A stretch of 32,000 nt of DNA from Candidatus Kuenenia stuttgartensis (GTDB taxonomy: Bacteria > Planctomycetota > Brocadiia > Brocadiales > Brocadiaceae), in the NCBI RefSeq assembly GCF_900232105.1, contig NZ_LT934425.1, forward strand, positions 600,001 through 632,000, read 5' to 3'. The position numbers and the translations under genes are program-made. Shown here in pieces: positions 1-9,510 of the stretch (the first letter of the stretch is position 1; each line of letters opens with the position of its first letter). A model generated the notes under the pieces. That model saw nothing but the letters and a program-made list of their open reading frames with translations. It did not search any database and was not told the DNA's origin.

Positions 1-490
1 TAAAAACAACTTCTGGCGGAAAGTATTTATTGAATTCAAATCTCTGTACACAATCGTATATTCTTTTTACGGCAGGAATTTTATCAAAAATATCGTTCAC
101 ATAATTCGCTGGATGGCTAATAATAACACTATCAAAATGGTTTATTTTGTACTTTTTCATTATTTTTCTTATCTGCAAAAGTGCTAACTTCGCATTGAGG
201 AATCGAAAGATTCCTCTTTGAAGAGGGAATATCTTTAATTGTATAAAACAAAGATGCTTCATAGTAAATCGGCCTTTTCCACCAACGTTTCTAACCAAAA
301 AGAATCTTTTAATGAATGCTTTAAGCATTTTGATAATTCCCACATTTTTAGCACTTATTCTTTCAATGTAAAATACATTAAAATCTTTAACCAAGAATTC
401 GACTATTGTTTGTTGTCGTTGTTTTAATAACTCCCAATCACGAATAGAAAATGAACCTATAATCAAAATATTTTTATTTTTTGTATCCAT
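1..490 (-). CDS. Partial glycosyltransferase-like protein, runs off the left edge
   Basis: My reverse-strand translation from the ATG at 490 is open to base 1: MDTKNKNILIIGSFSIRDWELLKQRQQTIVEFLVKDFNVFYIERI...INHFDSVIISHPANYVNDIFDKIPAVKRIYDCVQRFEFNKYFPPEVVF. The start and the 'YDC' motif resemble TuaH/GT1-type glycosyltransferase N-termini. Not in the supplied track because it is partial. Confidence 0.55.
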   Translation of the reverse strand, partial: MDTKNKNILIIGSFSIRDWELLKQRQQTIVEFLVKDFNVFYIERISAKNVGIIKMLKAFIKRFFLVRNVGGKGRFTMKHLCFIQLKIFPLQRGIFRFLNAKLALLQIRKIMKKYKINHFDSVIISHPANYVNDIFDKIPAVKRIYDCVQRFEFNKYFPPEVVF

Positions 491-625
491 TAAAATCTTT
501 TCTGGTTAATCACCTCTTAAAACGAGCTACTATTAAAGTGGTACAATAATTAATTATTTAAAATTCTTACGCCGCCTAAAGATACCGTAGGATATTCGTA
601 TGATTCATACCTTTCTCCATTCATA

Positions 626-2083
626 CTAATTACTCTCAAACTCAAGACCTGAAGAAATATTTTTTTGCGGGTTTTCCCGTACGATTACCCCATTATATAT
701 TCCTAGTAATCCCCAAAATATATGGCCGTTTGCAAGTGCGTTACCTGTTATACCATATACCAGAAAACTAACAAGCATTAGTAATGCAACCTTTGCAAAA
801 TCGTTTTCTTTAAGGTTTTTTACGGCAAAAACAAGCATAGTAAATAATAGGGTTAGATAGCCTATTCCTCCGAAAATCCCCGTTTCGGCAAACATGAGCA
901 TATAATCCCCATGTGCAGCTATATTTTTACCGAATTCGTGGGCGGATAATTCAAAAAATGTCCCAATCCCGCTACCAAAGATAGGATGCTCTTTGAAGAT
1001 ACTCAACGCATATTGAAACAACTCCAACCTTCCTAATGCAGAGCTATCAACAGTTGACGCACGAGAAATAATCTTGTTCGATATAAACACAAAGATTATC
1101 CCTAGCGGTAAAGCAAATCTCAATATTTTCTTATATTTGAACAAGAAGAAAAAAAGAATTAATTGGAGAGCAACTGCAATCCAGGTAATTCTGGTAAAAG
1201 TGAGAAGTATATTTAATAAAAATAAAAACGGTAGAAGACGATAAAGATATTTGCCGTCTTTCTTTCTCATGAAAAAATAGAGGTACAGCGGTAAAAATAT
1301 TAACAAGGCAAATGAATAGCCCGGCGCGTGCGGAAAGCTGGTTCGTATTCTTTCAAAACTTTGGATAATTTGATAATCCTGATAAATCAGATTAGTTATC
1401 GAACGTCCATAAAAGATATTATACCCAGTTATGTACTCAATAATCCCACAGATTAACAATGCGATAAAGATAGCCGTTATAAATTTGAATATCTTTTTTT
1501 CAATGTTATTGTTGCTGACAACAACAAAGTAGGTTAATAAATAAAAAGAAAACGCTGCAAGTACCCTGGTTAAACCCCTGACGGATGTCGACAGGCTCAC
1601 TGAAAATGGTGTCGTTAATACCAAATAGAGTGAAAATAGAAGTATCGGATATATGATGCTTTTATTCCAATACTCTCTTCTTACCTGAATAAAGTCTTTT
1701 AACCTTATATAAAAAAACAAAATCATCATTATATTTAGAATCCCCAGCAAATTAATGCTTTGGCTTCCCGATAATGAAATACTCAACCTATCTGCAAATC
1801 CTGCAAAAGCCAGATAGACAAAGAAATAAATATTTATAACTGCCAGTTCACTCCTCAAAATAAAGACGATGGTTATCGTCATTAACAAAAAGACAACCGC
1901 TAGTTTGGCATTATATAATAAAGAAACTGCAAATAGAGTTGAAAGCATCGCTACCGCAAAGACGTTCTTTCCCATTTCTTGTAACTTCTCAATAAATTGT
2001 GGTAGTTGGTAGTAAAAATACAAGTAACACCTTAGTTTTTTGAAACCGTAGGGGCGAACATTGTTATTGTTGGAATTTTTCAA
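626..2083 (-). CDS. O-antigen ligase/Wzy-like multi-spanning membrane protein
   Basis: 485-aa ORF with many TM segments and an O-antigen-ligase-like core (GRLELFQYALSIFKEHPIFGSGIGTFF...AHGDYMLMFAETGIFGGIGY). True start may be internal (e.g. MGKNVF near 1975). Confidence 0.85.
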   Translation of the reverse strand: MKNSNNNNVRPYGFKKLRCYLYFYYQLPQFIEKLQEMGKNVFAVAMLSTLFAVSLLYNAKLAVVFLLMTITIVFILRSELAVINIYFFVYLAFAGFADRLSISLSGSQSINLLGILNIMMILFFYIRLKDFIQVRREYWNKSIIYPILLFSLYLVLTTPFSVSLSTSVRGLTRVLAAFSFYLLTYFVVVSNNNIEKKIFKFITAIFIALLICGIIEYITGYNIFYGRSITNLIYQDYQIIQSFERIRTSFPHAPGYSFALLIFLPLYLYFFMRKKDGKYLYRLLPFLFLLNILLTFTRITWIAVALQLILFFFLFKYKKILRFALPLGIIFVFISNKIISRASTVDSSALGRLELFQYALSIFKEHPIFGSGIGTFFELSAHEFGKNIAAHGDYMLMFAETGIFGGIGYLTLLFTMLVFAVKNLKENDFAKVALLMLVSFLVYGITGNALANGHIFWGLLGIYNGVIVRENPQKNISSGLEFESN

Positions 2084-2115
2084 AAAAATAAAGTGTTACA
2101 AAATGAACAAAGCTG

Positions 2116-2130
2116 GCTGCCTTTGGCAGC
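2116..2130. other. Short perfect hairpin GCTGCC-TTT-GGCAGC between two minus-strand genes
   Basis: Perfect 6-bp stem with 3-nt loop in the intergenic space; no strong U-tract. Confidence 0.35.
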
Positions 2131-2163
2131 AACTTTATTATGTTTGGGTAAGTTATCAGTTCT

Positions 2164-3102
2164 TCAGGGATATTTTTTCGTTTTTAAAAGGCGGACGATC
2201 CCTTCTGTAAAACCTTGCAGTTGCCTATACTTTTCCTGATTCCCATTGCATAAAAATTCGATACCATAGATTATCCATAAGCCTGATAATGAATAGAAAA
2301 ATACGATATGGGATGCCATTGTTTTCTTTGCATGTTTTTTATACACGTAATAGTAGTTTTTTACCTCCATTACCTTTTTAGGCTGAATATCCATGCGATT
2401 TGCTTTACTACAATTGTGATAGAGTTTGGCCTCCGGAATCATTTTTAAAACCGCTTTCCGTGATATTCTGTAGGACAGTTCTGCATCTTCCCGGTAGCTA
2501 TAGCCGGTAAACCATTCATCAAATTTATCATTCTTCAAATGTTCGCTTCTAAAATTCATGTTACAACCTGAGAGCATCTCCACTTGCATTGGCCTGTCAA
2601 TTGCTATTCCAACGATGGGATATCCAAAACCGGAAACGGTCATCTTACCATCATAATTGTGGAGCATAAATATTTTCAGCATTGCCAGTCGAAGTTTCCA
2701 TTTCCACCCCTGAGGTTCACATTCAATCATTACGTTTCCACCAACTCCGCCTAATTTTTCATCATTTCTAAAATAACGGAGTACCTGTTCATAATAATCC
2801 TCAAACAAAACGACATCGTCATCTAAAAAACTAACGATTTCTCCTCTTGCGATATCTATGCCCTTATTTCTTGCAGCCACTAAACTTTTTTTTGCCTGAT
2901 AGATATATATAACCTCTATCTTATTAGATTTGGTTAACAATTGCTTTCTGCAATCTTCTATGTACTTTTTTGTATCACCGGTATCGCTTTGGTCAACGAT
3001 AATTACTTTTAATGGCAATACAGTCTGCAACAAAATTGAGTCAATAAGTTTTGCTAAGTCATTTTGCCGATTACACGTCGGAACGATGATGGAATAATTC
3101 AT
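2164..3102 (-). CDS. Glycosyltransferase family 2
   Basis: 312 aa; N-terminal YSIIVPTCNRQNDLAKLIDSIL, DxD-like 'VSFLDDDVVLFEDYY', typical GT-A fold motifs. Confidence 0.92.
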   Translation of the reverse strand: MNYSIIVPTCNRQNDLAKLIDSILLQTVLPLKVIIVDQSDTGDTKKYIEDCRKQLLTKSNKIEVIYIYQAKKSLVAARNKGIDIARGEIVSFLDDDVVLFEDYYEQVLRYFRNDEKLGGVGGNVMIECEPQGWKWKLRLAMLKIFMLHNYDGKMTVSGFGYPIVGIAIDRPMQVEMLSGCNMNFRSEHLKNDKFDEWFTGYSYREDAELSYRISRKAVLKMIPEAKLYHNCSKANRMDIQPKKVMEVKNYYYVYKKHAKKTMASHIVFFYSLSGLWIIYGIEFLCNGNQEKYRQLQGFTEGIVRLLKTKKYP

Positions 3103-3107
3103 ACTTG

Positions 3108-4007
3108 TTATTTAGGGAAATGCTTGCCTTTCCTGTATTGAATAAGTCCCTTAAAGTACCCTAATGTTGAAACCCTATCAAGATATAAAAAGTATACCAT
3201 TTTGCTTCTGTATAGTAAGAATGCAGAAAAAAAAATTGCTTTCCCTACATATTTTCGAAATATTTTCAGATATAAAATTAATTTATTATTTAGCTCTTTT
3301 ATTGTCTGAAATTTATTATCATATTTCGCATTCAGTAAACAAGCGCCATACGCATGCCTTTTACTTTGCAGATATAATCCTTTCGGGCTGGATCTATGAT
3401 GATGATATACAACACAATCAGCAGCATACATTAATTTCATCTTGCCATGGATTTGCATCCTCCATGCAAAATCGGCATCACCGCCGGAGACCCAATGTGT
3501 TTCAAAAAGGCCTATTTTATCGAATACAATCTTTTTGTAGCATACATTTGCAGTTACGGCGAATGGATAATAGGGATGGTTGAAATATCTTGATTGGTCT
3601 AATGCCCCCGCGAATAATTGATATTCTTCCACCAACGTTTTTGGTTTTCCACACCGAATCTCCCCTGCTACACCCCCAGCATCTTCTGCAGCAAAATACT
3701 TTATTGCATTACACAACCAATATTTATTTACTACACAGTCGCTATCAGTAAATGCCAGTATCTCACCTTCGGCATTTTTAACCCCTAAATTTCTTGCTGC
3801 ATAAGAACCCTTCACTTCTTTTTCTATTAATAATTTAACCGGAAATGCCTTAATACTTTGTAATGAGTTATCCGTGGAACCATTATCTACTATAATAATT
3901 TCCAGTTTTTCTTTAGGATAATTTAGATCCAGCAAAGACCGTATACATTCCGAGATCCTGGAGGCATCGTTATAATTTGGTACGATTATTGAAATTTTTG
4001 GCATCAT
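3108..4007 (-). CDS. Glycosyltransferase family 2
   Basis: 299 aa; PKISIIVPNYNDASRISECIRSLL, 'ILAFTDSDCVV', 'GGDADFAWRMQ'. Confidence 0.92.
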   Translation of the reverse strand: MMPKISIIVPNYNDASRISECIRSLLDLNYPKEKLEIIIVDNGSTDNSLQSIKAFPVKLLIEKEVKGSYAARNLGVKNAEGEILAFTDSDCVVNKYWLCNAIKYFAAEDAGGVAGEIRCGKPKTLVEEYQLFAGALDQSRYFNHPYYPFAVTANVCYKKIVFDKIGLFETHWVSGGDADFAWRMQIHGKMKLMYAADCVVYHHHRSSPKGLYLQSKRHAYGACLLNAKYDNKFQTIKELNNKLILYLKIFRKYVGKAIFFSAFLLYRSKMVYFLYLDRVSTLGYFKGLIQYRKGKHFPK

Positions 4008-4133
4008 GAATTAACCCCTTTGAGCATGTATATTTTATTATCTCCTGAATCCTGCACTAAATTTTGATACTATTTTATAAACCCTTATTAATAAAGGTTT
4101 AGAGAGAATTTTGTTGGTCTTAATATTTAACCC

Positions 4134-4235
4134 ATTAGTACCTTATCAGTAATTTCTTTGCACACTTCCATTCGTCAGTGCGTGCTTTTTGGCAAAATAT
4201 TTAATGGCGAATCCGAAATGCTAAATTTCAATCCT
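4134..4235 (+). repeat. Dispersed intergenic repeat, block D (plus adjacent block C), with about 26 bp of extra internal sequence
   Basis: TAGTACCTTATCAGTAATTTCTTTGC...GGCAAAATATTTAATGG...CCGAAATGCTAAA. Reverse-complement matches to 16955, 18001, 22129 and 24472 copies. Confidence 0.8.
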
Positions 4236-4265
4236 ACCCCTTACCCCTCTCCAAATCTAATCTTT

Positions 4266-6633
4266 ACCCACAAATTTCAAGAGCACCGTAGTTGTACGGC
4301 CAATTGAGCTGAAGGCTAAGTGGTGTAAAGTTCGTAAGCAACTTCAATATCAGCCAAACGTGACATGCCTCGCCAAAGTACTTCACTTCCGGGATGGCCA
4401 TCACCACGGCGGCCCAGATGACCGCCAAGTTTACCTAAAAGCCGCACGGCATCATTAAGGCTTGGAGGTAAATCAGGAGGCTCCTTGACCTTGTTCGCAA
4501 AAGTTGTCAATGCTTTCCATTCAGAATCGCTGAAGTAGACAGTACAAGGGACATCAGGTGTTTCTTGTCCTAAAGTAGTCAGGTAATGGATACGCCAAGC
4601 TATAATCATATCAATGGCCAAAGCGTTGCACAGACGACGGGCACTCTCCAACTGCCGGGACTCGACACGACAACCGCTCTTGATAATACGATGATAACAC
4701 TCAATACCCCATCGGCGAGCATACCATTCCAAACGTTCGTAAGCATCTTTTTCATGCTTAACCGCAACTGTGGTTAACAGCATCCATTCTAACCCATCAA
4801 TTCCGATAGGCGGATTGACTTCCTGCGCCAGCACCACCCACACCCTGACCGCAGGCATATTCTTTTTTAGCATAGGTGGGCACAGCGTAACAGGCATCGT
4901 TCGTACCATAAGTATTGCCTGACGTGCGGAGCGTTTCTCACTCGGAGGTATCAATATTTCGCGGGTACCTATAACCGGTTGCTGTTCCAGTTTAGTCCAC
5001 AAAAACTCGCATGATTCTTTATCATCAACAACCTTTCTATTGCGCGAACGTTCTGCGCGGATCAGCAACTGAGCGCCATCAGGCGTATTATACTGCTCAG
5101 CGAATACCTCGTGAATATCGGCCTCACGATCTGCCACAACCACCAGTAAAGATTTGTTTCGACAGCGTTTCTGTACTTGCGATACTGCATGGTAACTCTC
5201 CACCCATTTCCAGCTTTCCTTCTCTTCGATAGGCTTCTTGTGTCGTTCATGTTTGCTGCCTATTCCGTCCCGCGCCCAGCATTGCACATTCAGAAGTCCC
5301 AAGGGTGTACCACTTTCAGTAAACGCCATCGTATCATGCACCATCAGTCCACGAACTTTTTCACTCTTAGTACCTATCGGTCCTAACCCCTGCGTATTCG
5401 GATGTGTGCTATAATTCAGAGTCGTAGTATCTTGCGCTACCAAAACCAAACTATTCTCCTTCACACGCTCTTCCGTGGCCTCATAATGAGCTTGCAATAT
5501 CGCCTTCCAATCTACATTCTCATTGTCAAGGAATCGGTATGCAGCCTTAGTCGCACTGACTGAACCGCACGCCTGCGGAATGTTTGCCAAAGGTTTGTCA
5601 TAAAACATACCTGTCATTTCTAAAAGTCTTGATGTCAATCGTGCATCGCCCAATTTTGTTCCTCCAAGTTCCGCCTCTATCCAATCCCGAGGCTCTTTTT
5701 GTGCCACTCTTTGGCGAACATGTACTTTGCCATCGGCACAACAACACAACACCGCCTGCCATTTCTTTTGCAACGGCATAACATAAACGTCTTTGACCGT
5801 TGCCCCTGTTCCTTTTCGTCCTCGACCTTCCGTGCCTCCAACATACTTCCAGTTAGCTGCCCGATAACAGCTTCCGGAAAACCGTCCTCGTTCCACATAG
5901 GTTTCTAAAAGTACAGGACGATATTTATACACTCTTTCCCAATCATCTACCAAACGTGTTTGGCATTTTGCCAATACATGCGATGCCAAACATTTTACTC
6001 TTACCGTAGGCGCTATTAAATACCTACTGTTATTGATAACAAACGTATGATTCCGCTTACGTGCTTCCTCAGTCCATCCTATCCACTCGTCGCGACTTTC
6101 CACCCGTCTGGCACAGGCACTATAACTTAGCCCTCCTATCCATCCGTAATATTCACTGCGTACAAGATACCGAAGTTGCGCCCCGCATAGGGGCCCACTT
6201 CCAAGATAATGATGCGCTTCTAACATGCTACGCCAAAGTTTCGAATGGAATCTCGTTGTAACCCGTATAATCTCTACGTCCCCCAACTCCGCTAGCTCGC
6301 ATGACACTTCCGCAATCGGAGGCGCCTCCGCAGGTTTATTGACTTTTTGAAATGCATAATGCCTGTTCACCTTTGGAAGATTGATCTCTTTACGACGATC
6401 CAATTCCAACAACGCCTTGCGACAACTCATCTCTTGCAAACGGCCCGCTTGATTCCTCCAGTCCATCCATTCGCATACCAGACGCGACAGTTTACGACGC
6501 GATAGGCACGGTTCCTTTTGGATAGTTTCTGATAAACGCTTTATTACATCATCTGAAAATATTCGACCTCCTACTCTAAGCATGTACACAGTGTAACATA
6601 CGGTTAACACGGTGTCCAGCAAAAAATATGGGT
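4266..6633 (-). mobile_element. IS4/Tn5-like insertion element carrying a DruA-transposase fusion gene; provisional boundaries from imperfect terminal inverted repeats
   Basis: Left end ACCCACAAATTTCAAGAGCACCGTA (4266-4290) and reverse complement of right end ACCCATATTTTTTGCTGGACACCGTG (6608-6633) share ACCCA...CACCGT with a 1-nt gap, flanking the transposase. No clear target duplication found, so ends are tentative. Confidence 0.55.
4316..6583 (-). CDS. Fusion protein: N-terminal DruA-like (DUF4338) domain + C-terminal IS4-family (IS50/Tn5 type) DDE transposase
   Basis: ORF track 4316..6691; likely start is MLRVGG at 6583 (755 aa). DruA-like part: FHSKLWRSMLEAHHYLGSGPLCGAQLRYLVRSEYYGWIGGLSYSACARRVESRDEWIGW...RFSGSCYRAANWKYVGGTEGRGR. 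Transposase part: Tn5-like N-domain WIEAELGGTKLGDARLTSRL...SVSATKAAYRFLDN; catalytic D (VLVAQDTTTLN), D (LLVVVADREADI), and Y-2-R-3-E-6-K (YARRWGIECYHRIIK). Confidence 0.92.
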   Translation of the reverse strand: MLRVGGRIFSDDVIKRLSETIQKEPCLSRRKLSRLVCEWMDWRNQAGRLQEMSCRKALLELDRRKEINLPKVNRHYAFQKVNKPAEAPPIAEVSCELAELGDVEIIRVTTRFHSKLWRSMLEAHHYLGSGPLCGAQLRYLVRSEYYGWIGGLSYSACARRVESRDEWIGWTEEARKRNHTFVINNSRYLIAPTVRVKCLASHVLAKCQTRLVDDWERVYKYRPVLLETYVERGRFSGSCYRAANWKYVGGTEGRGRKGTGATVKDVYVMPLQKKWQAVLCCCADGKVHVRQRVAQKEPRDWIEAELGGTKLGDARLTSRLLEMTGMFYDKPLANIPQACGSVSATKAAYRFLDNENVDWKAILQAHYEATEERVKENSLVLVAQDTTTLNYSTHPNTQGLGPIGTKSEKVRGLMVHDTMAFTESGTPLGLLNVQCWARDGIGSKHERHKKPIEEKESWKWVESYHAVSQVQKRCRNKSLLVVVADREADIHEVFAEQYNTPDGAQLLIRAERSRNRKVVDDKESCEFLWTKLEQQPVIGTREILIPPSEKRSARQAILMVRTMPVTLCPPMLKKNMPAVRVWVVLAQEVNPPIGIDGLEWMLLTTVAVKHEKDAYERLEWYARRWGIECYHRIIKSGCRVESRQLESARRLCNALAIDMIIAWRIHYLTTLGQETPDVPCTVYFSDSEWKALTTFANKVKEPPDLPPSLNDAVRLLGKLGGHLGRRGDGHPGSEVLWRGMSRLADIEVAYELYTT

Positions 6634-6664
6634 CATCCCCAGCTCCAAAGGGGGACAACCACCC

Positions 6665-6690
6665 CCTGCGCCCCCGCCAGCGGGGGGGCA
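6665..6690. repeat. GC-rich hairpin (block B) CCTGCGCCCCCGCCAGCGGGGGGGCA
   Basis: Similar to the hairpin at 17962-17989. Confidence 0.6.
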
Positions 6691-6710
6691 TTTTCCCTCT
6701 TTGGTGGGGG

Positions 6711-6770
6711 AATTCGTGCTTCGTGTTTCTTATCTTTTATCTCATGCTTGTTTAGTTCCGGCTATGCCAG
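6711..6770 (-). repeat. Dispersed repeat block A (GGCATAGCCGGAACTAAACAAGCATGAGATAAAAGATAAGAAACACGAAGCACGAATTC)
   Basis: Direct match in reverse complement to copies at 22044, 22465 and 24761. Confidence 0.8.
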
Positions 6771-6816
6771 CTTAGGTATAGTATAGGTATTTTGTGCCAA
6801 TACTATAGCGTCCCCT

Positions 6817-8490
6817 CTACAGCCTCTTATAAAGTATCCTTGGTATAACAAAGGTGCGATTATTTAAAATGGCGCCAATTATATTGGCCTTTTTTTGTAC
6901 CAGAGGTGCAATTAACGCCTTTATTACGGGATGTTTGGTCTTGCTTTCATTTACTACCAGGACTGTTCCATCTAATGAAGAACTCAGTATATCCGCATCG
7001 TGAGAATTTCTTAAATTCGCATAGTCAACAAAGACAAACCCATATTTTCCTTTAGCTTCTTTTATGGTATTGGCCATACGTGTGGAATCAAAAAGGAGCG
7101 TGGGGTTAAGTGTTGTGTTGCCGGCAGTTAATACCGACAGGTTGCAATCTATCTCTTTGATAGCCTCTTCCAGTGCAATTTTTCCTTCGAGTACGTGCGT
7201 AAGGCCGGATTTATTCGGAATCTTAAACATTTCGTGTATTTCCGGGGATTTCAGGTTCGCATCAATAACCAGTACCTTATGGCCTTCTCTCGCAAGGGAA
7301 AGGCCGATGTTTGCAACTATGGTGGTAGAACCTTCCAAATGAGAGACGGCGGTTATCAAAAGAGCCTTTAGCTTTTTATCTTTCATCAATAGATATATCT
7401 GGTCAGAGAGGTCATGATAGGACGAATTCAAAACAGTTGCTTTTTTAGTGTTGCGGAGCAATGATTTATTTCTAAACCATTTTTTTGGAATAGCGCCTAA
7501 AAGTGGCAAATTCAAGAATGTCTCAACATCTCGCGGCGATTTGAATGTATGGTCAATATATTCCAGTCCAAAGGCGAACATAATTCCCAGGAATATGCTC
7601 ATAAAGAAGGCGAGGACAATGGATATTTTTTTCTTATCACTCGTTGAGCGAAGAGGTACCAGGGCCTGTTCAATAATTTTGACGCTTGCCGGGCCTATTG
7701 CCTCTATATCAGGAAGCGTTGCACCAGTAAGGTTTTGGGTCAACTTTTCAATATTTTCTCTTAATTGTACAACAATTGGCTGTTTTTCCCCATATTTTAG
7801 CTGAAGTTCTGCCAATTGTTGTTCAAGATCAAAGATAATATACGAGCGGCTTACTACGTTGGCAATCATAGCTGCAGATTGCGGGTTGAAATCGGTAGCG
7901 TGTATTGTAAATAACAAGGTGCCCCTTATTGGTTCTGCAATGATATTTCTTTTGAGTCTTTCAACCGCCTTACGGAATGCATATGGCTGTTCATGTATGT
8001 TACCGGAAGGATTTGCCAGCTCACCTTTGGTATGCAATATTCTGATTTGTCGATTATCATTCAAATCACTATAAGATAGGGACTCATTTTCGGATGAGAC
8101 AATATCTGATTTCAACTTCGACATCTTAAGTCTTAAATCTATCAAGTACGCTTTAAGTGAAGAGCAGTAATTCTTTTCATAGTCAGGCGGGCGCTCGTGA
8201 AGATTAAGCGCCCTTACTGCACGTTCGATTACGGGATTAGAAATTACAATCTCACTCTGAGTAAGAGATGCTTCGGATTGTTCATAAGCACCAAAACCTC
8301 TATAATAAGGAGAATCAATTTGTTTTTGTGCAGAAACAAGTATTTTAACCTGCGCCTCATAAACAGGTGTCCTGAGTTCCAGGCCGACAAAGACACTTAT
8401 TATAACAGTAATAAATGTGGTTATAATTACCGCTTTGTGTCTGAATACGACCCGCAAATAATCCCGCAATGTACTTAAATTTGAATTCAC
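6817..8490 (-). CDS. Wzz/GumC-type polysaccharide co-polymerase fused to a CpsD/BY-kinase-like P-loop domain (likely degenerate)
   Basis: ORF extends to 8607 but a GTG at 8490 is preceded by GGAGGG; the protein then starts VNSNLSTLRDYLRVVFRHKAVIITTFITVI. Wzz N-domain, coiled-coil, TM (KKISIVLAFFMSIFLGIMFAFGLEY), P-loop domain KALLITAVSHLEGSTTIVANIG...KVLVIDANLKSPEIHEMFKIPNKSGLTHVLEG. Confidence 0.87.
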   Translation of the reverse strand: MNSNLSTLRDYLRVVFRHKAVIITTFITVIISVFVGLELRTPVYEAQVKILVSAQKQIDSPYYRGFGAYEQSEASLTQSEIVISNPVIERAVRALNLHERPPDYEKNYCSSLKAYLIDLRLKMSKLKSDIVSSENESLSYSDLNDNRQIRILHTKGELANPSGNIHEQPYAFRKAVERLKRNIIAEPIRGTLLFTIHATDFNPQSAAMIANVVSRSYIIFDLEQQLAELQLKYGEKQPIVVQLRENIEKLTQNLTGATLPDIEAIGPASVKIIEQALVPLRSTSDKKKISIVLAFFMSIFLGIMFAFGLEYIDHTFKSPRDVETFLNLPLLGAIPKKWFRNKSLLRNTKKATVLNSSYHDLSDQIYLLMKDKKLKALLITAVSHLEGSTTIVANIGLSLAREGHKVLVIDANLKSPEIHEMFKIPNKSGLTHVLEGKIALEEAIKEIDCNLSVLTAGNTTLNPTLLFDSTRMANTIKEAKGKYGFVFVDYANLRNSHDADILSSSLDGTVLVVNESKTKHPVIKALIAPLVQKKANIIGAILNNRTFVIPRILYKRL

Positions 8491-8670
8491 ATTCCCTCCA
8501 TAGTGCTTAGCAATTAATAATGTAATCTTAACGAGTGCTTTTATTTGCGATAATAAACGATAGTATACAAAGCACTGGAATAAGCGAAAACACAGGTATT
8601 CGGGCACAAGTATATTATCGACAGCTTATGCAATTAAGCATTAGCCTGAAATAATAAAATATTTAAAACA

Positions 8671-9510
8671 CTAAAGTATTCCTTCTGCTGCAACCACTAT
8701 ATCATCCGGCTCTAATAGGATGTCTTTGCCGACGTCTCCTTTCATGGCGCCTTTAACGTCTACTTTAATGCTTTCATATCCCGGTTTGCCAGGGACTATT
8801 CTAAGGATTTTAACCCTGTCAGGAGAACCATATTTTGCAAAGCCTCCTGCCATGGAAATTGACCGAAGGACTGTCATATTATCCTCAAGTGTGAATTTGC
8901 CGGGTCTCATTACCTCGCCATACACAAAGAAATATCTGCTCTTTTCTACTACCAATATATCCCCAGCCTCAAGGTGCATATCAATGTTCGTACTGCTTTC
9001 TTTTGTATTTTTAAGGTCTATAATGAATTCCTTATATTCCTTATTGTCCTTCAGCTTACGTCTGAGTTTTACACCTCCATAAAGGCCGTCCAGAGTTATG
9101 CCTCCAGCTGTCGAAAGGGCCTTTAGTACGGTAATATCATCCTCAAGTACAAATCTTCCGGGATTTTTAACCTCACCATACACAAAATAATTAATGCTTT
9201 TAGACTCTGACAATGATACGGACACAACAGGATATTTTATGTAACCAGTAAGGCTTTTTGTGAGTTCCTTTTCGATATCGGGCAGCGTCATCCCTTTAAC
9301 ATAAATGACACCAACATAGGGAAAAGATATAGCTCCATCTGACGTCACGGGAGCTGTTGTTCTAAGGCTTTCATGCCCCTGTACGATTATTTGAAGAACA
9401 TCATCCACATTTACAGTATATTGTTCCCTAGGCTCATCTGCATAATTTGTTTTCGATATAATAAATAGACTGAAAAATACAAATAACACTACCAAAAAGC
9501 TTTTAAACAT
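8671..9510 (-). CDS. Wza-like polysaccharide export protein with SLBB domains
   Basis: 279 aa with signal peptide; YTVNVDDVLQIIVQGHESLRTTAPVTSDGAISFPYVGVIYVKGMTLPDIEKEL and two SLBB repeats (YFVYGEVKNPGRF..., FFVYGEVMRPGKF...). Confidence 0.92.
   Translation of the reverse strand: MFKSFLVVLFVFFSLFIISKTNYADEPREQYTVNVDDVLQIIVQGHESLRTTAPVTSDGAISFPYVGVIYVKGMTLPDIEKELTKSLTGYIKYPVVSVSLSESKSINYFVYGEVKNPGRFVLEDDITVLKALSTAGGITLDGLYGGVKLRRKLKDNKEYKEFIIDLKNTKESSTNIDMHLEAGDILVVEKSRYFFVYGEVMRPGKFTLEDNMTVLRSISMAGGFAKYGSPDRVKILRIVPGKPGYESIKVDVKGAMKGDVGKDILLEPDDIVVAAEGIL

Noticed and set aside
239-427. 62-aa plus-strand ORF
   Set aside because: Antisense to the open glycosyltransferase-like frame on the minus strand (1-490); no recognisable domain.
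3164-3583. 139-aa plus-strand ORF opposite the second GT2 gene
   Set aside because: Shadow ORF of a clear glycosyltransferase.
4586-6261. Several plus- and minus-strand small ORFs inside the transposase gene
   Set aside because: All overlap the well-supported 755-aa fusion ORF in other frames; no family resemblance.
7064-9082. Plus-strand ORFs opposite the Wzz-like and Wza-like genes
   Set aside because: Antisense shadows of strongly supported coding regions.
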